Part shown: in pieces, positions 20,378 through 30,870 of the stretch | Layout of the letters: each line of letters starts with the position of its first letter | How positions within the stretch are numbered: the first letter of the stretch is position 1 | NCBI GenBank assembly: GCA_963734105.1 | Contig: CAVTFW010000005.1 | Coordinates: 149,759 to 213,758 of the forward strand | DNA length: 64,000 bases | Direction: 5' to 3' | Source: Candidatus Acidiferrales bacterium | Lineage (GTDB): Bacteria; Acidobacteriota; Terriglobia; Acidiferrales; UBA7541 | Notes under the pieces: generated by a model | Seen by the model: only the letters and a program-made list of their open reading frames with translations | Told to the model about the DNA's origin: nothing | Database searches by the model: none | Translations under genes and position numbers: made by a program

Positions 20378-21904
20378 ATGGCTGAAGAGACCGCGCGACG
20401 AGCATCCATCTACGCGGGAACCGCCGAACCCTGCGCCATCTTCTTGTTTGGAGCTTCGGGGGACCTTGGCCAAGCGCAAGGTGATCCCCGCGATGTACGA
20501 CCTGGCGCAGCACAATTCCCTCGGCGAACGCTATGCGATCATCGGCTTCGCGCGCACGCCGATGACCGATGAGTCCTTCCGCGCCAACATGGGAGAGGCG
20601 GCGAAGACAATCTCCGAGGTTGGCCCGATCGATCCCACTAAATGGGACGCCTTCGCTTCCAACCTGTATTATTCTCCCGGCGATTATGCGGATCGGAACT
20701 CCTATGCCCAACTAGCCAAACGCCTGGCGGAAATCGATGCCGAAAAGAAATTGGGCGGCAACCGCCTCATCTACTGTGTCCACGCCTCCGGAGGTGTACC
20801 CGGATATCGTCGAGCAGTTAGGCCGAGCGGGGCTGGCGCGGGCGAGCGCTCCGGGCTCGTGGGTGCGCATCATTATTGAAAAGCCATTTGGGAGGGATCT
20901 GGCCTCCGCCAAGGAACTGAACAAGATTGTCCTGAACGTTTTCGAGGAGAAGCAGGTTTACCGCATCGATCATTACTTGGGCAAGGATACGGTGCAGAAC
21001 CTCCTGGTGCTGCGCTTCGGAAATGGCATTTTCGAGCCGCTCTGGAACCGCAATTACGTCGACCACGTGCAGATCACCGCCGCCGAAACGCTCGGCGTCG
21101 AGCGCCGCGGCGGCTTCTATGAAACCGCCGGCGCCTTGCGCGACATGATCCAGAGCCACGTCCTGCAACTGACCTCGCTCGTGGCCGTCGAGCCGCCGGC
21201 TTCCTTCGACGCCACTGCGGTGCGCAACGAAAAGCTCAAAGTTTTGCAGTCCATCCGGCCGTTCGACCTCGAGATGGTGGCGCAATCCGTGGTGCGCGGG
21301 CAGTATTCGCCCGGCGAAATTCGGAGATAAAGCCGTCGCCGGATACCGCGACGAGCCTAACGTAAATCGCAATTCGCGCACCGAAACGTTTGTCGCCGGG
21401 CGGCTACTGATCGATAACTGGCGCTGGGCCGGCGTGCCCTTTTATTTGCGCACCGGAAAACGCCTGGCGAAGCGCACCACGGAGATTATGATCCAGTTCC
21501 GCGGCGCCCCGCATATCGTCTTTCGCGAAAAGGAAGTGGAACCCAACCGCCTGGTCCTGAACATCCAACCGGATGAGGGAATCTGCGTTTCCTTTGGAGC
21601 CAAGAGGCCGGGTACGGAGATGAGCATCGGCACAGTGGCCATGAATTTCAGCTACCGCGAAGCATTCGGCGGCGGCTCGCGTAGCGCTTACGCCACGCTT
21701 CTGAACGATTGCCTGCGCGGGGACGCCACGCTGTTCGATCGCGGCGATTCGGTCGAGGCTGCGTGGTCGCTCATCGAGCCCATCCTGGACGTCTGGAGCG
21801 CCGCAAAAACCGCCACGGTGCCGGAGTACCCTGCAGGCACCTGGGGGCCGAAGGAATCGGACCAACTACTCGAAAGAGACGGCCGACAGTGGTATAACCC
21901 TTAA
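20378..21904 (+). CDS. zwf: Glucose-6-phosphate 1-dehydrogenase (frameshifted)
   Basis: [43 protein letters not shown]. Confidence 0.95.
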
Positions 21905-21940
21905 ATCGGTTTAATATAAGGTTCTTGCTCGGGAGGCAAG

Positions 21941-22921
21941 GTGATTCTCGCAGGCGACGTCGGCGGTACCAAATGCAATCTGGCGCTTTTTGCGGAAAAG
22001 AACGGCAAACTGGAATTCGTCTTTCGAGACCGCTTTGCCAGCAAGGAATTCGCGCAATTCGACTTCATCATCCGGGAATTTTCGCGCCGGGCCGCGCCGC
22101 ACCTGGGTCGCGAAAAAATCCGCGCCGCCGGCTTTGGCGTCGCCGGGCCGGTCATCAATAACCGCATCCACGCGACCAATCTGCCGTGGATCGTCGATGC
22201 AGATACTCTCGCCCGGGAGGTGGGCGTCAAGTCCATCGTGCTCGTCAATGATCTCGGCGCGACCGGCCATAGCCTTGGGCATCTTCCGCCCGAGGATTTC
22301 TGCGTGTTGAATGCCGGCACGCCGGTTCCCGGCGCTTCGCGCGCCCTGCTTGCCGCGGGCACCGGCCTGGGCGAGGGCATTCTGTTCTGGGATGGCAACC
22401 GTTACAAAGTAGTGCCCAGCGAAGGCGGCCATTCCGATTTTTCCCCGCGCACCGACCAGCAAATCGAATTGCTCAAATTCATGCGCCACCGCTATCCGCA
22501 AGTTAGCTGGGAGCTGATTCTTTCCGGCCGCGGCTTTCGCACCATTCACGAATTTATCGCCCCCAGCGTCAAGCATCCCATTTTCGAGGATCCGGACGCG
22601 GACCCGGCTCCGTTCATCACGCAAAGCGGCCTGGACCACTCGTGTCCCGTGTGCGTGGAGACGCTTGATCTCTGGACCAATATTTATGGCTCGGAGGCGG
22701 GCAACCTGGCGCTCAAAGTGTTGGCTCTGGGCGGAGTGTATGTCGCCGGGGGCATTGCCGTGAAAATCCTGCCGAAAATGAAGGACGGCACCTTTTTCCA
22801 TTCCTTCCAGGACAAATGGCATTTCGGGAAGATGCTTTCCGACGTCCCGGTCTCGATCGTCCTGAACGAATCCGCGCCGCTGATCGGCGCGGCCTACGAG
22901 GCGTACGCCACCCTCAAGTAG
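21941..22921 (+). CDS. glk: Glucokinase
   Basis: ILAGDVGGTK, GVAGPV, VNDL, GTGLGEG, SEGGHSDF, GGVYVAGGI. Confidence 0.95.
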   Translation: MILAGDVGGTKCNLALFAEKNGKLEFVFRDRFASKEFAQFDFIIREFSRRAAPHLGREKIRAAGFGVAGPVINNRIHATNLPWIVDADTLAREVGVKSIVLVNDLGATGHSLGHLPPEDFCVLNAGTPVPGASRALLAAGTGLGEGILFWDGNRYKVVPSEGGHSDFSPRTDQQIELLKFMRHRYPQVSWELILSGRGFRTIHEFIAPSVKHPIFEDPDADPAPFITQSGLDHSCPVCVETLDLWTNIYGSEAGNLALKVLALGGVYVAGGIAVKILPKMKDGTFFHSFQDKWHFGKMLSDVPVSIVLNESAPLIGAAYEAYATLK

Positions 22922-23089
22922 GCTTGCACACTCCGGGACCGGGCGCTTTTCTCTCAGCGAATCAAACCCGCCGGGTCTTGCCTATTTTTGGTAAACTGGT
23001 TTGTCTGACTTGCGGTCCCTGCGACCGCTATTCTTTATAGCGCGAGCCTTCTGCCCGTCACCGAGCGGGTGGAGATATGGAGCTTTCCC

Positions 23090-24584
23090 ATGAGCAGTGC
23101 AGCTACCACCCCAGTCACGGAAATTTTGAATTACGCCGGTGGCGTCTGGCGTAAATCCTCCGCCACCGAATTTGTGAATGTCACCAACCCTGCATCCGGC
23201 GAACTGATTGCGCGCACTCCCCTCTCTTCGAAGGCGGATGTTGACGCCGTCGTGCGAGCTGCCGCCGAGGCCTTTCCCGCGTGGCGCCGCACTCCCGCAG
23301 GCGAACGCATCCAGTATCTTTTCAAGCTGAAGTTCCTGTTGGAAGACCACATCGACGAGCTGTCCCGCCTCATCACGCTCGAAAATGGCAAGACCTTTGC
23401 CGAAGCCAAGGCGGAGTTGCGCCGCGGCATTGAAAACGTGGAAGTGGCTTGCGGCATCCCGATGATGATGCAGGGCTACAACCTGGAGGACATCACCCCG
23501 GGAGTGGATGAGATGCTCATTCGCCAGCCGCTGGGCGTGGTTGCGGCGATTGTGCCCTTCAATTTTCCGGCGATGATTCCGTTCTGGTTTTTGCCCTATG
23601 CGGTGGCTTGCGGCAACACGTTCGTGCTGAAGCCGAGCGAGCGCGTGCCCGTGACTGTTCGGCGGATGATGGAACTGATCGAAAAGACTGGGATTCCCAA
23701 GGGTGTGGTGAACGTTGTGAACGGCGGTAAGGAAGTCGTCAATGCGCTTTGCGACCATCCCACGATCCGCGCCATCAGCTTCGTTGGCTCCACGCCGGTT
23801 GCGAAACACGTTTACCAACGCTCGGCGGCGGCCGGCAAGCGCATGCAATGCCAGGGCGGCGCGAAGAACCACGTCATTGTCCTGCCCGATGCGGACATGG
23901 ACCTCGCCAAGCAAATCATCAGCGACTCCGCGTTCGGCTGCGCTGGCCAGCGCTGCCTCGCGGTGTCCGTGGCGGTCACCATTGGCGAAGCGCAGGAAAA
24001 ATTCCGCGACGCCATTTCCGAAGCTGCGTCCTCGATCAAGGTGGGCTTTGGCCTGGACAACGGCGTTCAGATGGGCCCGGTCATTTCAAAGGAAAGCAAA
24101 TCGCGCGTCGAATCGCTGATTGCCACCGGCGTGAGCGACGGCGCGAAGGCGGTCGTCGATGGCCGCAACGCAAAATTCCCCGGCCACGAAGGCGGCAATT
24201 TCCTGAAGCCGACGATTCTCGATGGCGTGCCCGCTTCCAGCTCCCTCGCCGAACACCGAAATTTTCGGCCCGGTGCTAAGCCTGATTCATGCCGACACGA
24301 TTGACGAAGCGATCGAATTTATTCGCAAGAGCCCCTATGGCAACCAGGCCTCGCTCTTTACCACCAGCGGCGCCGCGGCACGCAAGTTCCGCTACGAAGC
24401 CCCGGCTGGCAACATCGGCATCAATATCGGCGTGGCAGCCCCGATGGCCTATTTCCCCTTCAACGGCTGGAAAGACAGCTTCTTCGGGATCCTCCACGCC
24501 CAGGGCAAGGACGCGGTCGAGTTTTACACTGAGTCCAAAATCGTCATCGAGCGCTGGTCCCGCCAGGAAACCCGCAAGTTCTAA
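23090..24584 (+). CDS. mmsA: CoA-acylating (methyl)malonate-semialdehyde dehydrogenase (frameshift near 24255)
   Basis: [53 protein letters not shown]. Confidence 0.9.
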
Positions 24585-24594
24585 CCGGCAATCG

Positions 24595-25215
24595 TCACGG
24601 ATGCGCGGGTGCTGGCGCGGGAGCCGGAGTCGCCGCAGGCTTGTTGTAGTCGAAATTCACCTTGGGAGCTTGGCGCGCGCCTTCTTCGGTCTTGAAATAG
24701 GCATCATTGCGCGTAAAGCCGCCGAAGCTCGCGACCAGGCTGTTCGGGAAGAGCGCGATGTACGTGTTGTAGTCCTGCACGGAATCGTTGTAGCGCTTAC
24801 GCTCCACCGCGATGCGATTTTCCGTGCCCGCCAACTCGTCCTGCAAGCGCATGAAATTTTCGTTCGATTTCAATTGCGGGTAATTCTCCACAATTACCAG
24901 CAATCGGCTCAGTGCGCCATCTAATTGCCCGTTCGCCGCGATCTTATCGGAAGGCGTCTTCGCGCCAATCAGCGCCGCCCGTGCCGCCGCGATATCGCCG
25001 AACACGGTCTGCTCTTGCACCGCGTAGCCCTTCACGGTCTGCACCAGGTTGGGGATAAGGTCCGCGCGGCGCTGCAGCACCACGTCCACCTGCGCCCAAG
25101 CCGCGTTCACGGCTTCGCGCTTGACCACCATCTGATTTCGCCGGCCGACGTACGCGGAGCCGAGCACAAAGGCCAGAATCAACAGCACCACCAGAATCAC
25201 AATTGCCGCTTTCAT
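24595..25215 (-). CDS. lemA: LemA family protein
   Basis: LQRRADLIPNLV, ENYPQLKSNENF, LAGTENRIAVERKRYN. Confidence 0.95.
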   Translation of the reverse strand: MKAAIVILVVLLILAFVLGSAYVGRRNQMVVKREAVNAAWAQVDVVLQRRADLIPNLVQTVKGYAVQEQTVFGDIAAARAALIGAKTPSDKIAANGQLDGALSRLLVIVENYPQLKSNENFMRLQDELAGTENRIAVERKRYNDSVQDYNTYIALFPNSLVASFGGFTRNDAYFKTEEGARQAPKVNFDYNKPAATPAPAPAPAHP

Positions 25216-25248
25216 ATCCACCTCGATCGATTCAGTCTCGAACCTCTG

Positions 25249-25980
25249 CTACAGAACCCTTTGCCATTCCTTCTTTGGCACCAGACGATCCAGCGCATTG
25301 ACCACCTTCTCCAGCGCATGAAGGTAATGGTCGTATGCCATGAAGGAATCTTTTCCCAGGCGGCCGCCCTCATGATGCTCATAAACCGCCTGGAACGCTC
25401 CGGCGTCCGCACCCGTCACGTCAGCAATGCGCGCAAACACCTCCGACGGTTCCGCGGGCGGTTCTTCGCCGAACGCAAGCAGCGTATGCCGAAGCAAAGT
25501 AAGAGCGCCCGAAGCGGTTTTTTTCAGCGTGGCAGTGAATTCCAGTTCATTTTTCCCGACCAGCAGCACGTGTTGCCGCAACCGCAGCAGCAGCAAACGC
25601 AGGTCGCGCTCCACCTGCACGCGGTGCAGGTTCATCGGGACCTCCAGACCGGCCGTGGGATCTTTCCCGAAAAGCACGCGGTGAACCCGCTTGAGATCCA
25701 GGCTCTCAATGGCAAACACATCCGTGGATCGTTGCAACTCTTCCGCAAGAAAGAAAAGCGGCGGAGGCTCCTTCTCCTCATGCGTCCACCAGTGGACCAC
25801 CGGCGCCAGCAATTGCAGTTCGTGGACGTCCATGGTCACCAGCGTGCAAAGTACATTCAAGTCGGAGGTCCCGGGGCGGTATTTTCCGCTGGCCCCGGAT
25901 CCGTACAGCACCACGGACTCCAGATTTTTCCCCGCCGCTTCCTTCAGCCGGCTGACCAATTCTCCCAGTTTTGATTCCAT
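25249..25980 (-). CDS. Nucleotidyltransferase-fold protein
   Basis: SVVLYGSGASG....SDLNVL; lies between the TPM and lemA genes. Confidence 0.75.
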   Translation of the reverse strand: MESKLGELVSRLKEAAGKNLESVVLYGSGASGKYRPGTSDLNVLCTLVTMDVHELQLLAPVVHWWTHEEKEPPPLFFLAEELQRSTDVFAIESLDLKRVHRVLFGKDPTAGLEVPMNLHRVQVERDLRLLLLRLRQHVLLVGKNELEFTATLKKTASGALTLLRHTLLAFGEEPPAEPSEVFARIADVTGADAGAFQAVYEHHEGGRLGKDSFMAYDHYLHALEKVVNALDRLVPKKEWQRVL

Positions 25981-26013
25981 CGTTGCCACCTGCGCTTGCT
26001 CTCTAAAATTCGT

Positions 26014-26829
26014 TTACCAACCGCCGCCCGCTCCGCCGCCGCCGCTCGCTCCTCCGCCAAATCCGCCGAACCCCCCGCCTCCGCCGCCCCAGCCTCCGCC
26101 TCCACTACTCCATCCACCTCCGCCCCTGCTTCCTCCGCTACTCAGGGCGCCGAGAAGGAGTCCGGTCAAGAACCCGCCACCCCCGCCTCGCCTGCCGCTG
26201 TTAGGTCCACCGCGGCTTGCCGAGGCGAGAACAATGAAAATAATTACCCCTACAATCAATAGCGGAATTAGCCCGCCGAGGTGCCCACCGTCTGTTCGGT
26301 GTTCCGGCAGCTTCGGCATCCCCGACAGCGTAACGCCCTTGGCGTCCGCAATGTACTTCGCTAGCTGCCACGCGGCCGTCGTAACGCCGGTACTGTAATC
26401 GCCCTGCCGGAAGTAGGGCAGCATCAGCCGCCCCGCGTCGCCCGCGCGCGCATCGTTGATGACCGGCTCCAGCCCGTAGCCCACCTCGGTCCAATATTTG
26501 CGGTCGTTCGGCGCGACCAGCAGCATCACGCCGTTATCCTGCTTCTTCTGGCCGATCCCGAGCTGTTTGAACAGGTCGTTGGCGTACGGCTGAATTTCTT
26601 TGCCGTCCAGCGACTTCACCGTCACGATAGCCATCTCCGCGCCGGTCTTCTGCTCCAGCTCCGTGCAGAGCGCTTCCAATTGCGTCTTGTTTAGCGGTTT
26701 GATGATTCCGGCGCGATCGGTCACGTAACCCGTGGGCTTGAAATTCCTGAAGTCGTCCGCGCGTGTAACCGCGCTCACGGTCAGGACCAGACCGGTGGCA
26801 CACGCCAGGATGCATTTGCGGAGTATCAT
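26014..26829 (-). CDS. TPM domain protein (YgcG-like)
   Basis: GYVTDRAGII, DNGVMLLVA, EVGYGLE, TM helix, Gly-rich tail GFGGGASGGGGAGGGW. Confidence 0.9.
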   Translation of the reverse strand: MILRKCILACATGLVLTVSAVTRADDFRNFKPTGYVTDRAGIIKPLNKTQLEALCTELEQKTGAEMAIVTVKSLDGKEIQPYANDLFKQLGIGQKKQDNGVMLLVAPNDRKYWTEVGYGLEPVINDARAGDAGRLMLPYFRQGDYSTGVTTAAWQLAKYIADAKGVTLSGMPKLPEHRTDGGHLGGLIPLLIVGVIIFIVLASASRGGPNSGRRGGGGGFLTGLLLGALSSGGSRGGGGWSSGGGGWGGGGGGFGGFGGGASGGGGAGGGW

Positions 26830-27093
26830 GGGTTCCTGTGCAAGACCCGGCCGCACATCATTTCTACGCAAAACGGGAACAAAAAATAACGGGCGGCTTT
26901 GCACCGAAAAATTCAACAGTCGCGCCTAACCGCGCAGCCGCTGCGCGAATTCTCTCACAAAAACCGCGTCAAAATCCTTATCGAATTTTTCTCCTTTCCT
27001 CCCAGGCCGCCATCGATCCGATTGCTTTCCGAATTTTTCCATTCATTTGTGGTCATTGACCTTGTTGCTGGCGAATCATACTCTGTACACGGA

Positions 27094-29751
27094 ATGGCCC
27101 GCTCCCCTTCTCATCCGCTGGCGCGCACATGGAGCTCTCTCCCGCGCCCACTCCTCGTAACTCTCGCGCTCCTTTTTTGCGCGGCAACGTCGTTCTACGC
27201 GCTGATGTGGATGTACGACGTGCGGCATCCCAGCGCCTATCCTGTCGAAATCGGCTTCAATCATTTCCGCGACACGTTCTTCGATCCGGCCACCTCCTCG
27301 CTCCCCATCTTCACGGTCAAGCCAGGAGGTCCAGCCGAGAAGGCCGGTCTGCGCCCGGGCGATCATATTATCGCTCTCAACGGCCATGCGCTGACTTCCT
27401 ACTCTCTATTCGACAAGATCTGGAGCCGCTCCCAGCCGGGCGAGATCGTTGACGTCACCGTCCGCCGCCCCGGTGAGAGCGAACCCTTGACGTTCCACCC
27501 CGTCTTCCGCGCCGCAGCGTCAGGCATATTCCCCGAGGGGCGGGGGCGCACCTCGGCTCGTGAAATTATCGGCCTTTATCCATTATTCTTCGTGCTCGTT
27601 GGTTTTGCTGTGCTTTTTCTGCGCCTGGATGACGCCTACGCCTGGCTCCTGGCCTTGCTTTTTGCTTGCTTCGTTGCTGCCGCCCCCGGTTTCCGGAATC
27701 TCCAGGCATTGCCGGATGGACTGAGGGGATTTATCGCGCTTTATCGGACGGTCCTTTTATCTGAGATCACAGCCGTGTTTTACATCTTCTTCGCCCTTTT
27801 TCCGGAGAAGTCCCCGCTTGAGCGGCGCGCCCCCTGGCTGAAGTGGGCCGGCATCGCGGTCGGCGCGTCACAGCTTTTTCCGGGGTTGCGGTTCGGCGAT
27901 CCGCGCTGGCCGGATTTTGTCGGGAAAATGATTGGCGATTCCAACTCCGCGTATCTGCGCCATGGATTGACATACGACTTCCTTATTCTCGGGATTATCG
28001 CTCTGTCCTGGAATTGCTACAGCGCCGAAACACCCCCCGAAGCGCGCCGCAAGTCGCGCGTACTTCTCGCCGGCACGCTCATCGGGGTGGTCCCGATGGT
28101 TCTCCAGCGCATGCTCTTTGATTTTGCCGGCTATGAGCCACCGTTCTGGGTCAATGTCGGTCTCACTCTCCTCGTGCTGCTTTATCCACTCTCGTTCGCT
28201 TACGCCATCGTCAAGCACCGCGTACTGGAAATCCCCGTGCTGCTCCGGCGGAGCGCGCGATACGTCTTGGTGCAGCGCGGCTATTTTCTCCTTCTTTTTT
28301 GCGGCGCGAGCTTGGCCATTTTCCTTTTCGCGCACTTTTTCTCCGGATTCTTCGCAGAAAATTCGCAGTTTGGCATGACCCTCAGCGCGGCATTCGGTGT
28401 GGCCCTCGTTTGGGTCTCCGGACCCCTCGTCAAGCGCGGCACGGACCGCATCGACCGCGCCTTCTTCCGAAGTTCGTACGACGCCCGGATGATCCTGCAA
28501 GATCTCGCCGAAAAGATCCGCGCCGTATCCAGCCGCCCGGAACTTGCCGCGCTCCTGGAGCACCATCTGACACAGGCGTTCCACCCGCAACCTCTAGCTA
28601 TCTATTTTGTTGGGACCTCCGGGGAACTGCTTGCGACCGGGCGCGCGGTACCCGCGGGCCTCGCTTATCTCGACGCGAATGCGCCTTTTCTCCGGGAGTT
28701 GGCGGTGCACCGCCGCGCCTGGGACGTTCCTCCCCCAATCGATCCCAAGCTCCCGCGGGATTTTCCGTTGGCTCCTCTTTCCCCAGAGTGTCTGGTGCCA
28801 CTGCTCGGCCACGATGGCCGGTTGATGGGCTTGCTTGTTCTTGGCCAGCGGCTCTCCGAAGAACCGTATTCGAGCGAGGACAAGCGCCTGCTCGATTCCG
28901 TCGCCGGCCCGGCCGCTGTCTCACTGGAAAACATGCACATGGCCGAAGAGATGGCCGAACGCCTGGAGTTGGACCGGCGCGCCGAGCAGGAGATACAGAT
29001 CGCCCGCGACGTGCAATCGCGCCTTTTCCCGCAGGTGATGCCGCCGCTCGTCACGCTGGAATACGCCGGAAGTTGCATCCAGGCCCGCCAAGTTGGCGGG
29101 GATTACTACGACTTCCTCGATCTCGGCTCCTCGCATAGGCTGGATAGAGGAGCGACACGGAGCCTCCCTGCGGCAGCCTGGCATCTCGCCTTTGTCCTGG
29201 CCGACATTTCCGGCAAGGGAATCGCCGGTGCGCTGCTGATGGCCAACTTGCAGGCCAACCTGCGCAGCCGTTACGCGATCGCGCTCGATGATCTTCCCCG
29301 TCTGCTGAAATCCGTAAATCAGCTTTTCTACGAAAACACCCCGGACGATCGTTATGCCACCCTGTTCTTCGCCCTTTACGACGACCGTTCACGCGAGTTT
29401 GAATACGCCAATTGTGGCCAGAATCCACCGCTCGTCTTCCGCGCCGATGGCAGCGTCGAGAGGCTCTCCGCGACCTCTACGGTCATTGGCCTTTTTCAGG
29501 ATTGGGAGTGCGTTACGCGAACCATCACCTTACAGCCGAAGGATGTATTGGTGATTTACACGGACGGCGTGACGGAAGCGAACGACGCGGCCGGAAACGA
29601 ATTTGGCGAGGCCCGGCTGCGCGATACAGTCCGGGAAAACCTTTGCCTTTCGCCGGCCGACCTGCTCACCGCCATTCAGGAAGCGGTGCAGAAATTCAGT
29701 GCTGGCGAACAGTTTGATGATTTGACCTTGGTGGTCGCCCGCGCCCGCTAA
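27094..29751 (+). CDS. Membrane sensor PP2C/SpoIIE (RsbU-like) phosphatase with PDZ, multi-TM and GAF-like regions
   Basis: GGPAEKAGLRPGDHIIALNG (PDZ); VGGDYYDF, ADISGKG, NCGQNPP, YTDGVTEA, DDLTLVV. Confidence 0.9.
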   Translation: MARSPSHPLARTWSSLPRPLLVTLALLFCAATSFYALMWMYDVRHPSAYPVEIGFNHFRDTFFDPATSSLPIFTVKPGGPAEKAGLRPGDHIIALNGHALTSYSLFDKIWSRSQPGEIVDVTVRRPGESEPLTFHPVFRAAASGIFPEGRGRTSAREIIGLYPLFFVLVGFAVLFLRLDDAYAWLLALLFACFVAAAPGFRNLQALPDGLRGFIALYRTVLLSEITAVFYIFFALFPEKSPLERRAPWLKWAGIAVGASQLFPGLRFGDPRWPDFVGKMIGDSNSAYLRHGLTYDFLILGIIALSWNCYSAETPPEARRKSRVLLAGTLIGVVPMVLQRMLFDFAGYEPPFWVNVGLTLLVLLYPLSFAYAIVKHRVLEIPVLLRRSARYVLVQRGYFLLLFCGASLAIFLFAHFFSGFFAENSQFGMTLSAAFGVALVWVSGPLVKRGTDRIDRAFFRSSYDARMILQDLAEKIRAVSSRPELAALLEHHLTQAFHPQPLAIYFVGTSGELLATGRAVPAGLAYLDANAPFLRELAVHRRAWDVPPPIDPKLPRDFPLAPLSPECLVPLLGHDGRLMGLLVLGQRLSEEPYSSEDKRLLDSVAGPAAVSLENMHMAEEMAERLELDRRAEQEIQIARDVQSRLFPQVMPPLVTLEYAGSCIQARQVGGDYYDFLDLGSSHRLDRGATRSLPAAAWHLAFVLADISGKGIAGALLMANLQANLRSRYAIALDDLPRLLKSVNQLFYENTPDDRYATLFFALYDDRSREFEYANCGQNPPLVFRADGSVERLSATSTVIGLFQDWECVTRTITLQPKDVLVIYTDGVTEANDAAGNEFGEARLRDTVRENLCLSPADLLTAIQEAVQKFSAGEQFDDLTLVVARAR

Positions 29752-29776
29752 CGCTGAAAATTCGTAAACTTCGCGT

Positions 29777-29805
29777 TTGACATGGGCGCTCGGACGGCAT
29801 AGAAA
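29777..29805 (+). promoter_or_regulatory. Candidate sigma70 promoter of the aldo/keto reductase
   Basis: TTGACA-N17-TAGAAA about 30 nt upstream of the start. Confidence 0.55.
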
Positions 29806-29834
29806 GGCATAGTAGACCTCGCGAGGTGCGAACT

Positions 29835-30830
29835 ATGACGACCGATCTCTCTAGAAGGAAATTTCTCGAAAAGCTTGGTGTGGGGACTGCTGCGGGTGTT
29901 GGCTACTCACTGCTGACGGAGTTCGCGCAGGCTCGTCCCACGGACGCAAACGTCCTGCCAACTCGCACGCTGGGCCGCACGGGCGCGAAGGTCTCCATCC
30001 TCGCGTTTGGTTGCGGCAGCCGCTTCCTGATGTACCAGGACGAGGCCGAAGCGCTGGCGATCCTGAATCACGCCATCGACCAGGGCATCACCTATCTCGA
30101 CACCGCGTACGCCTACGGCGACGGAAAGAGCGAAACGCGCGTCGGCAAGGTGATGGCGACGCGCCGCAAAGACGTCTGGCTCGCCACGAAAATCCCGGAT
30201 CGCACCCGCGATGATTTTATGCGCCGCCTTGAAGCCAGCCTCACGCGCCTTCAAACCGACCACGTCGACCTGCTGCACCTTCATAGCCTGAAGCGCGCCG
30301 AGGACCTCGCCAAGATCGAAGCGCCCGACGGTGCCTTGAAAGGATTGCTCGAAGCGCGCGAGCAGAAGATGGCCCACGCCATCGGCATGACCAGCCACAC
30401 CAGCGGGGAAGTGCTGGCCCAGGCCATACAGCGCCATGACCTGGACTGCGTGCAGATGGCCTTGAACGCTTCGCAAAACGGCAGGTTTGAAGAGCTCGCT
30501 CTGCCCGCCGCGCGCGCCAAGAACCTTGGCGTAATCGCTATGAAAGTGACCGGCCAGGAGCTTTTGCTGGGCACCGAAGAGGGCAAAGGGCACATCGATT
30601 CCTTGTTGCGCTACTCCCTGAGCCTTCCGGTGACCACGGCTGTCGTCGGCATGCCGCGCAAGGAAATGCTCGATTACAACATCGCTCAAGCGCGCGCCTT
30701 CACCGCGTTTCCGGATTCCGACATGGAGCGCCTCCGCAAGAACCTCCAACCCTCCCGCGAAAACCTGGAAAAAAAGCTCTCCGGCCACGACGACGGACCC
30801 ACCCAGACGCCGCATTTGTTCTGGGCGTAG
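29835..30830 (+). CDS. Aldo/keto reductase with Tat-like signal
   Basis: SRRKFL; RTLGRTG..VSILAFG, LDTAYAYG, LATK, SLTRLQTDHVDLLHLH. Confidence 0.9.
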   Translation: MTTDLSRRKFLEKLGVGTAAGVGYSLLTEFAQARPTDANVLPTRTLGRTGAKVSILAFGCGSRFLMYQDEAEALAILNHAIDQGITYLDTAYAYGDGKSETRVGKVMATRRKDVWLATKIPDRTRDDFMRRLEASLTRLQTDHVDLLHLHSLKRAEDLAKIEAPDGALKGLLEAREQKMAHAIGMTSHTSGEVLAQAIQRHDLDCVQMALNASQNGRFEELALPAARAKNLGVIAMKVTGQELLLGTEEGKGHIDSLLRYSLSLPVTTAVVGMPRKEMLDYNIAQARAFTAFPDSDMERLRKNLQPSRENLEKKLSGHDDGPTQTPHLFWA

Positions 30831-30870
30831 GAGTCCCTGGGTCGCTTGGGCTCCATTGCCCTTCAGCGGA

